Shown in pieces: positions 7,106 to 14,996 of a stretch of 14,996 nucleotides of DNA. Position 1 is the stretch's first letter. Each line of letters begins with the position of its first letter. The notes under the pieces are model-generated. The model saw only the letters and a program-made list of their open reading frames with translations. It had not been told where the DNA came from and did not search any database. Both the position numbers and the translations under genes were made by a program. The stretch is from Opitutales bacterium (lineage in GTDB: Bacteria > Verrucomicrobiota > Verrucomicrobiia > Opitutales > Coraliomargaritaceae), in the NCBI GenBank assembly GCA_049598495.1, contig JBMYNR010000038.1, forward strand, positions 1 to 14,996, in the 5' to 3' direction.

Positions 7106-7139
7106 TAAGTCCGACGCGCCCCTCTGCAATTTGGTATGA
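7106..7139. repeat. Partial family A repeat plus putative MITE right end (AATTTGGTA|TGA)
   Basis: TAAGTCCGACGCGCCC is an exact match to 6252-6267. 28/34 identical to 38-71. Confidence 0.75.
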
Positions 7140-7182
7140 ATCGCCTATGAGTATGTCCGCTGTTCGAAGCGAAACCGTGCCA

Positions 7183-7749
7183 CTACTTTTTCAGGATGAT
7201 AAGGTCGGCGCGACGATCTTGAGAGGACTGCGACTTGGATAGTCCGGGAGTGGCTTCGAGGCTGCCCTTGGAGAGTGCCTCAATCCGCAGGGGTGTGATG
7301 CCGAGTGTGTTGAGGTATTCACTCACGCTATTGGCGCGGCGGTCACCGAGGGCGAGGTTGTTTTCACTGGTTCCATACCAGTCGCAGTGACCTTCGACCA
7401 AGAGACGGTGCTCGCTGTTATCCAGAAGATACTCAGCCGCCTGCTGAAGTTTTGAACGCTCGGCCGCCGCGATTGACGAGGAATCAAAACCGAAATAGAT
7501 GGAGGGCAGCTCGCCTTCAACCATGGTAAAATCACCCCACATACCATTGCCGATCCCTTCGTTTTCGTCGCGTGGCTCCAAGCCATCGACCGCACTCCAA
7601 TCTTCACCAAATTCCCTGTCGGGGATGATATCCAGATTGCCGCCTCCTGTCACGTTGCCGTATTGTGTCGGTGCTTGTTTCGGGGCGCAGGCGGGGAGGA
7701 GCAGAACTGCCAGAAGCAGGGAAAAGGAGATGCGGAAGGTCTTATTCAT
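7183..7749 (-). CDS. pal: Peptidoglycan-associated lipoprotein (Pal/OmpA-like domain)
   Basis: Signal peptide MNKTFR + hydrophobic stretch + lipobox LPAC. OmpA-C motifs [29 protein letters not shown] and DRRAD. Start placed at ATG 7749. Confidence 0.85.
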   Translation of the reverse strand: MNKTFRISFSLLLAVLLLPACAPKQAPTQYGNVTGGGNLDIIPDREFGEDWSAVDGLEPRDENEGIGNGMWGDFTMVEGELPSIYFGFDSSSIAAAERSKLQQAAEYLLDNSEHRLLVEGHCDWYGTSENNLALGDRRANSVSEYLNTLGITPLRIEALSKGSLEATPGLSKSQSSQDRRADLIILKK

Positions 7750-7833
7750 AATGGGAGAATGTTGTCTTATCATTTGTATCTCGCAAACATTTTCCTTTGT
7801 TTGGCCATAGAAACTCCGAGTTAGACGCCACTC

Positions 7834-8664
7834 ATGACCCGCCCAAGTGTATTTTTAATCGACAATGGATCCCTACGGCCCGAGGCGACATTTTGGCTGC
7901 GCTGCCTCGCGGAGAGAATGTCCTCGCGGACGGGGCAGGGCGTGGAGGCCGTCAGTCTATTGCACTCACATAAAATTGCTCCCGAGCTATTGGGGGGCAA
8001 TCCCGCGACCATTGTTAAACGCCGCCTGCGTGAGTTGGCTCAGCAGGGGCAAACAGAATTTGTATTTCTACCACTCTTTCTCGGCCCGAGTCTTGCCGTG
8101 AGCGATTACCTTCCGCAGGTGATCCATGAGGTCAGCCAGGAATATGGTCGTCTGCAGGTGCGGATCGCCGATGTATTAAGCGGTTCTGATCCTGAGCGAC
8201 CGGATCCACGACTGGCGAAGCTACTGGCTTCTTTTATTCGAGAGATGGGCCCGGATCGCAAAACTCATGTTGCTTTGGTCGACCATGGCACCCCGGTCAG
8301 GAGCGTGAATCGGGTCCGTAATTTAGTCGCTCGCCAACTCGGTGATGAACTCAGCGATCTGGCGATTGCCGTGCAACCATGCTCCATGGAGCGTAGGGAG
8401 GGGGATGCTTATGCATTTAACGATCCCCTCTTAGAAAACCTTGATCAAGTCTCCGGCTTCTCCGGTGGACGGCTGATTCTCGCAATGTTCTTTCTGCTGC
8501 CCGGACGGCACGCGGGTCCTGGTGGCGATGTCGCCGAAATCTATGGCGGGCTGCTCCAGGGGGGTGTGTTCCAGTCGGTTGAAACAACGCCATTGATTGG
8601 CGAAAGCCCCATGCTCCTCGATATCCTCGAGGATCGTCTCCGTGCAGTGCATCGCACAGCTTAG
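7834..8664 (+). CDS. CbiX/SirB-like (sirohydrochlorin chelatase family) two-domain protein
   Basis: Motifs LIDNGS and LPLFLGPS in domain 1. LVDHGT and FFLLPGRH...D in domain 2. Confidence 0.75.
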   Translation: MTRPSVFLIDNGSLRPEATFWLRCLAERMSSRTGQGVEAVSLLHSHKIAPELLGGNPATIVKRRLRELAQQGQTEFVFLPLFLGPSLAVSDYLPQVIHEVSQEYGRLQVRIADVLSGSDPERPDPRLAKLLASFIREMGPDRKTHVALVDHGTPVRSVNRVRNLVARQLGDELSDLAIAVQPCSMERREGDAYAFNDPLLENLDQVSGFSGGRLILAMFFLLPGRHAGPGGDVAEIYGGLLQGGVFQSVETTPLIGESPMLLDILEDRLRAVHRTA

Positions 8665-8724
8665 CTCGTTGTCGATCGTGGAGCGCATCAAGATGCGCTG
8701 CGTCGTGCCGTTCGAGCGTGGGCA

Positions 8725-9705
8725 TCAAATGGTTGCGGTGGCTTTCCCCGTCCTCCTCAGATTTTCTAAGGTCAAATCACTCATTTCGGCCCCGCATGCT
8801 TTCAGAGCTTTAAGGAGAGCACCCGATACCGGTGAGAGTTTTGGTCGGCAGATCCGTGCCTCAGGATAGGTCTCAAGGATGCGGTTCTGTGTTAGGCGTT
8901 GAAGGCGTGGATGGGAAAATAGACCACCAAGTAAAACGACATCCGGGCGGGTTAGTGAGAGACGCTTGCAGCATGCGATGGCCATGGCAGAAAGCTCTCC
9001 AACAGCATCCAGGATGATCTGCTCTGCCGTGGGGTCACCCGCATCTGCAAGTTCGATAATTATAGGGGCAAGGCCGGCTCGTTCTGCCCGAGTGAGCCCC
9101 TTGACATGAAAGCGCTCTTTGAAGGCTTCCATGCCATTGATTTGGAGATATTTCATGACAAAGCCCTGCAGTTTACTTGCGGATGCTCTCCCATCCTCCT
9201 GGCGAACGCAGGCCTGTAGTGCCCGTAGGCCAATCCAGCTGCCACTTCCCGCATCGTCGACCCATTGCCCCCAACCACCCACAAGCGTGCTTCCCTCTTT
9301 GGCATCACGGGCATAGCAGGCGGAGCCGGTTCCTGCGGCAAGTGCCACACCTGGTTCGCCGAGTAGACCTCCCTCTAGCGCGATTTCCAAATCGTGGCTG
9401 ATACTGATCTCGGTAGTCCTAGGGTCAAAGATCTCCGAGGCAATCGCCATTAGCTGTCTGCGGGACTCGCTTTCGCCCGCGCCAGCAATGCCCAAATGCA
9501 CAGCACGAAGAGCTTGCGCTGCGCTCGTGGAAAGCGCCAACTGAACCGCCTCCTCGAGATGAGCCCGGCACTCCTCCCGTGAGCAAGTCATCGGGTTGCT
9601 GGGGCCGCTTTGCCCGACGCCGATGATCCTGCCAGTGGTCTCGCAGACTTGCGCTCGTGTGTGGCTTCCGCCCCCGTCGACGCCTAAGACATGGGCTAGG
9701 ACCAT
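8725..9705 (-). CDS. BadF/BadG/BcrA/BcrD ATPase family protein (N-acetylglucosamine/amino-sugar kinase-like)
   Basis: Motifs [25 protein letters not shown]...DDAGSG and LLGGLF. Overlaps the hpt stop by 10 bp. Confidence 0.85.
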   Translation of the reverse strand: MVLAHVLGVDGGGSHTRAQVCETTGRIIGVGQSGPSNPMTCSREECRAHLEEAVQLALSTSAAQALRAVHLGIAGAGESESRRQLMAIASEIFDPRTTEISISHDLEIALEGGLLGEPGVALAAGTGSACYARDAKEGSTLVGGWGQWVDDAGSGSWIGLRALQACVRQEDGRASASKLQGFVMKYLQINGMEAFKERFHVKGLTRAERAGLAPIIIELADAGDPTAEQIILDAVGELSAMAIACCKRLSLTRPDVVLLGGLFSHPRLQRLTQNRILETYPEARICRPKLSPVSGALLKALKACGAEMSDLTLENLRRTGKATATI

Positions 9706-10274
9706 TCCGGTGGGTTCTGTAGTTCGGGCCTCAATACACCGATGCAGGGCAGTTGACGGTATCGCTCAGCGAAATCGAGGCCGTAGCCGACCACGAACTC
9801 ATCCGGGATCCGGAATCCAACGAAATCAGCTTCGAAGTCAACGCTGCGGGTCGCCTTCTTGTCGAGGAGAACACAGGTCCTCAGTGAGGCAGGCCCCATT
9901 GCTTTAAACATCTTGGTGACATTGGCGAGTGTTGCGCCCGAGTCCAGGATGTCATCGATGATGAGCACATCGATGCCCTTTAGATCGAGGCGAATCTTGT
10001 CGATCACTTCGGGGGCTTGGACCGGCTTGGTGTCGTCCTTGTAGCTGGAAATACGAACGCAATCGAGCTGGAGCGGTATATTCAGCTCTCGAATCAAATC
10101 GGCGACGAAGATGATCGCCCCGTTGATAATGGCGATTACGGCGAGTTCACGCCCTTCATAGGTTTGATTGATCTCGGCGCCTAATTCCTTGAGTCGAGCC
10201 CGGATCGTGGCTTCGTCAACAAGTACCTTATCGATGTCGTCGAGAGGATTATAGGCGGAGTCGTTGGTTTGCAT
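9696..10274 (-). CDS. hpt: Hypoxanthine phosphoribosyltransferase
   Basis: Motifs [18 protein letters not shown] (PRPP-binding), LLDK and [19 protein letters not shown]. Confidence 0.96.
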   Translation of the reverse strand: MQTNDSAYNPLDDIDKVLVDEATIRARLKELGAEINQTYEGRELAVIAIINGAIIFVADLIRELNIPLQLDCVRISSYKDDTKPVQAPEVIDKIRLDLKGIDVLIIDDILDSGATLANVTKMFKAMGPASLRTCVLLDKKATRSVDFEADFVGFRIPDEFVVGYGLDFAERYRQLPCIGVLRPELQNPPEWS

Positions 10275-10541
10275 GGCGCTGTTGTTGTGAAGGGCGAGCA
10301 GATTTCAAGCCGTTCTCATGGTTGCTAAGCCTTAGGTCGTCCGGGTGTAATTGTCCCCGCCTCGTATGATAGGGCACCTTTGGATGCCATCGTTTTATCG
10401 CTTTTTCGGCAAGTTAGAAAGTAGGAAAGAAAGAGCATCGTGAAAGTAAGGGTAGATGAGATGCAGTGAATCGGAGAAGTCTGTATCGGTTGGGTTTTGC
10501 GACAAAATTGCCATCGATAAATCTCCATTGAGACGGAGAGA

Positions 10542-10806
10542 CTTGCTGCTCGACGCCCTAAAGGGCGCACTCCAACCTTAGGATGCGCGGAGCTTTGTTG
10601 GAGTTCTGCCTTTAGGCCGTCTGATTCCATTTTAGAAAGCGTTCAATCGCTATATCCGGCACGAGGTAGCGAACTTGCGCTAGCAAGGTCGACGGACAAG
10701 CTAGGCTTGCTGTCGGACGCCCTGAAGGGCGCACTCCAACGCCTAGGGCGCGTGGGGCTTTGTTGGAGTTCGGCCTTTAGGCCGCCTGATTCCATATTTA
10801 GAGAGC
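10542..10806. repeat. Tandem composite repeat: two family C REPINs separated by a truncated family E segment (period 164 bp)
   Basis: Units start CTTGCTG..SGACGCCC at 10542 and 10706. REPINs at 10552-10621 and 10716-10786 are each followed by TGATTCCAT..TTAGARAGC. The E segment 10632-10701 matches 6688-6757. Confidence 0.9.
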
Positions 10807-10895
10807 CTTATCTCTTCCCAGACCTTGACGATAAACCGAGAAAATGGCCTGTTCGCAAAAGCAAATCCATGAAGTATAGACTGCGTCTGCGGACT

Positions 10896-11894
10896 TTATA
10901 GCGCCCGACCCCGCATCATCGTCCAAAGCCGTTCGACAGCACCCTGCGAGCGATCACGAAAATACTCGAATGAAACATGTTCGTCGGGCCGGTTTGGATC
11001 CACCCGTATCCCCCAAAGCGGGACAGTGGAATCGGGGAACATGGCATAGCGCAAGTCGCCAACTATCTGTGGATCTAGGTCAAACTGATAGAGATAACCC
11101 TGTGAAAAGAAATCGAAGCGGTCTATATCCTGAAACAGGACGCTATGCTCGCTAATCTCCTCGTCCCGCACATAGGCCGGTACCACGCCTCCATTGTAGA
11201 GCTTCGGCTCGGCCCAGGGGAGCGTCCATACCGCGTCCACATAATATTCCTGACCGGACCGATACACAATGCGCCAAAGAATAATATTCGCTAGCGAGGG
11301 ACGAACACTTAACTCCTCGGCTTGATGCCCTCTCTGTTCGGCGAGATTTACTGCGAACGTGGCAGCTTGGCTCCGTTGAAAGATCCCCAAGCCCAGGTAA
11401 GCGAGGCAGAGAAGGACGCCCGTTTGAGCAAACACAGGTTTTCGAAATAGAAAACAAAGCATCAGCAAACCTACCAGGGGGAGCGTGAAAACAGGATCGA
11501 TAATCGAGATGATGTCCCATGACTCACGATGATAACTGAACGGCCAATAGAGTAAGGTTCCGTAGCTGGTACAGGCATCAATCATCCCGTGTGTCATCGA
11601 GCCCAAAATCGCGAAGAGCACTAGCTTCTTCAAAGGCCAGGCTTTCCAGAAGAAGAGAAGACGAAAGAGACCCGCGACAAAAAAACCGATCCAGGGCGCC
11701 ATAAGCAGGGAATGGGTGAAATGTCGGTGATACTCAAGCGCCAGAAGTGGATCGGTATCGGAGCGGATCAAAACATCCAGGTCAGGGGCACCCCCCGCCA
11801 GCCCTCCGACGATCAGAGCTAGACGGGCATCGCTGCGCTTAGAAATCAGCGCGGCCGCCGCCGCACCAACGCTCATCTGAGTGAGAGGATCCAT
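10896..11894 (-). CDS. Inner-membrane metal-dependent hydrolase (YdjM/DUF457-like)
   Basis: Motifs MDPLTQ, PDLD, HRHFTHSL, HGMIDACTSYGT and IIDP. Several transmembrane helices and a soluble C-terminal domain. Confidence 0.88.
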   Translation of the reverse strand: MDPLTQMSVGAAAAALISKRSDARLALIVGGLAGGAPDLDVLIRSDTDPLLALEYHRHFTHSLLMAPWIGFFVAGLFRLLFFWKAWPLKKLVLFAILGSMTHGMIDACTSYGTLLYWPFSYHRESWDIISIIDPVFTLPLVGLLMLCFLFRKPVFAQTGVLLCLAYLGLGIFQRSQAATFAVNLAEQRGHQAEELSVRPSLANIILWRIVYRSGQEYYVDAVWTLPWAEPKLYNGGVVPAYVRDEEISEHSVLFQDIDRFDFFSQGYLYQFDLDPQIVGDLRYAMFPDSTVPLWGIRVDPNRPDEHVSFEYFRDRSQGAVERLWTMMRGRAL

Positions 11895-11989
11895 ACCAGC
11901 AAAACTGGCAGAGAGGCACTCGACTGCAAGTCGGACGCTTTGTTTCTTTTTCCTTTCAAAGCGGCAGGAAGAATAGTCATATCAAACCG

Positions 11990-13285
11990 ATGATTTTCTT
12001 GTATCGTCTACTGTATTTGCCGGGGCTGCTTATCGCCCTTCCCTACTACATCTTCCGGATGTGGCGTCGTGGCGGATACCGCAAGAGCTTCCAGCATCGT
12101 TTTGGCTGTTTTCACCGTATGCCGCCTCCCGCAGAGGGAACGGTGCGCATCTGGCTACAAGCTGTGAGCGTCGGCGAAGTGTTGGCTATCGGCCCCCTCA
12201 TGAATGCCCTGCAAGACGATCCGCGGATTGAAATCGTCCTCACGACTACCACCAGCACAGGCTATGCCGCGGCTCGCAAGCGCTATTCCGATGTCGTTGC
12301 CCGCATTGGTATTTTCCCACTGGACTTCTGGTTCTTTAGCCGAACGGCCTGGCGCCGTATCCAACCTAATGTGATCATTCTTACGGAGAGTGAGCTCTGG
12401 CCGGAACATCTACACCAAGCCAAGAAACGAAGCGTGCCGGCATTTCTAGTTAATGCACGTATCTCGAACACGAGCTACCGGCGTTATCAAAAGATTCCCA
12501 TCTTGGCCAAGCGCTTGCTAAACAAATTCCAAGCTGTCTATGCGGCCAGCGATTTAGACCGAAGTCGGCTCATTTCACTCGGCTACGCCAAAGAACGCAT
12601 CGAATCCACCGGGAGTATCAAATTCGACGCCATCACCGGCGAACGCCTCTCTGAAGGGGCACGTCTTGAATGGATACGGGGCCTCGGCTTCACGGAGACC
12701 AGCGGATCTCCTTTCATCTTATTGGGGGCATCCACATGGCCCGGAGAGGAATCAGCACTCCTGCGTGCGCAGAAAGCCGCCCTCGCACGGGGTATCGACT
12801 GCCGCCTCGTGATCGCGCCGCGCCATGCCGAGCGGGGCAATGAAATCGCACAACTCCTTGAGGCGCAGGGTCTCGCCTGGCATCAGCGTTCCAAAGATGT
12901 GCCCATCCCCGGCGACCTAATGATTCATCTTGCCGACACGACCGGAGAATTGACTCGCCTCACCCAGGTGGCCGATCTCGCATTTGTGGGCAAAAGTCTC
13001 GCACCGAATACGGGGGGGCAGACACCGATTGAGGCGGCTGGATTGGGCATCCCGGTTCTGATGGGGCCACACATGAATAATTTCAAAGATGTCAGCCAAT
13101 CACTCGTCAGCAAGGGTGCCGCTCGTTTCGTGAGTAACGAGGCCGAACTGATCGATACCGTCTTAGAGCTGGCGCAAGACAAAGCTGCCCGAGAGAGAAT
13201 GCACACAGCAGGTCTCGAATGGCACTCAAACAACTGCGGCAGTAGCCAACGCATCGCCGAAAGCCTGCTCTCCAAACTTAGCTAA
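11990..13285 (+). CDS. waaA: 3-deoxy-D-manno-octulosonic acid (Kdo) transferase
   Basis: N-terminal membrane anchor, then motifs IWLQAVSVGEV, TTTTSTG, PLD, ESELWP, NARIS, GSIKFD, APRHAER, DTTGEL, FVGKSL, GGQTPIEAA and GPHM.NF. Confidence 0.95.
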   Translation: MIFLYRLLYLPGLLIALPYYIFRMWRRGGYRKSFQHRFGCFHRMPPPAEGTVRIWLQAVSVGEVLAIGPLMNALQDDPRIEIVLTTTTSTGYAAARKRYSDVVARIGIFPLDFWFFSRTAWRRIQPNVIILTESELWPEHLHQAKKRSVPAFLVNARISNTSYRRYQKIPILAKRLLNKFQAVYAASDLDRSRLISLGYAKERIESTGSIKFDAITGERLSEGARLEWIRGLGFTETSGSPFILLGASTWPGEESALLRAQKAALARGIDCRLVIAPRHAERGNEIAQLLEAQGLAWHQRSKDVPIPGDLMIHLADTTGELTRLTQVADLAFVGKSLAPNTGGQTPIEAAGLGIPVLMGPHMNNFKDVSQSLVSKGAARFVSNEAELIDTVLELAQDKAARERMHTAGLEWHSNNCGSSQRIAESLLSKLS

Positions 13286-13311
13286 AGCACATAAAAGAAG
13301 GTTTCGCCTGA

Positions 13312-13372
13312 TAGGGCGGTTTCGCCGTTCAATACACATAATACGGACATACGGTATCGATTGCCGAACGGC
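13312..13372. repeat. Short inverted derivative of the interior of the 6373-6678 element
   Basis: Revcomp of 13314-13372 equals 6510-6553 (42/44) joined directly to 6635-6649 (15/15). Confidence 0.85.
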
Positions 13373-13402
13373 ACAATAACACTTAAAACGGAATTCTTGA
13401 GC

Positions 13403-13435
13403 AATAGAAAGCTTACGTCTGTAAGTGTTTCTATT
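13403..13435. terminator. AT-rich stem-loop between convergent waaA and proS (possible bidirectional terminator)
   Basis: AATAGAAA-GCTTAC-GTCT-GTAAGT-G-TTTCTATT, a 14-bp stem with one bulge and one G-U pair. No long U-tract. Confidence 0.4.
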
Positions 13436-13530
13436 TCAGCAATATTCGGGCTAGGGCACCTTGTTCATCCTATTGCATAATCCGGGTTTAATTCCGGTAT
13501 ACATGCGAAATGATCAAGGATGGAATCCCT

Positions 13531-14996
<1,466 letters not shown>

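Noticed and set aside
6160..7242. Short ORFs across the repeat cluster (6160-6507, 6402-6671, 6668-6859, 6731-6928, 7057-7242)
   Set aside because: They translate palindromic repeat DNA and show no transposase (HUH or DDE) or other motifs.
8417..8728. Minus-strand ORF starting at the BadF kinase stop
   Set aside because: Mostly antisense to the CbiX-like gene, low-complexity Arg-rich translation, no recognisable motif.
6300..10806. CRISPR array interpretation of the recurring 25-bp palindromic repeats
   Set aside because: Copies are in inverted pairs with conserved rather than unique spacers, are dispersed, and no cas genes are present.
10325..10901. ORFs 10325-10630 and 10707-10901
   Set aside because: Both begin inside REPIN sequence and have no recognisable domain.
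13328..13366. Cassette ending ATTGAAC resembling a CRISPR repeat 3' end (ATTGAAAC)
   Set aside because: Only two isolated copies 6.8 kb apart, each embedded in other repeats, with no array.

Overview
Bacterial chromosomal segment, probably Verrucomicrobiota (Opitutales/Coraliomargarita-like). That placement is an inference from gene content, the archaeal/eukaryote-type ProRS and start regions lacking Shine-Dalgarno motifs. Housekeeping genes in order: a Mini-RNase III-like protein, clpP, rpiB, an MFS transporter, nadA, dps, a YbjT-like NAD(P)-binding protein, a Pal/OmpA lipoprotein, a CbiX-like protein, a BadF-type sugar kinase, hpt, a YdjM-type membrane hydrolase, waaA and a 5'-truncated proS. 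The most interesting content lies outside the ORF track. (1) A DUF559/Vsr-like endonuclease pseudogene (2730-3091, minus strand; one in-frame stop, one frameshift) sits 12 bp from an inverted pair of double-hairpin palindromes and overlaps the MFS start codon. (2) Several families of REP/REPIN and MITE-like repeats occupy the 3' intergenic spaces. They include a ~900-bp nested cluster (6244-7139) in which a 306-bp TACCG...CGGTA element with a TGA target duplication interrupts a composite repeat whose empty form is visible at 10552-10701. No transposase, CRISPR array, tRNA or rRNA was found.
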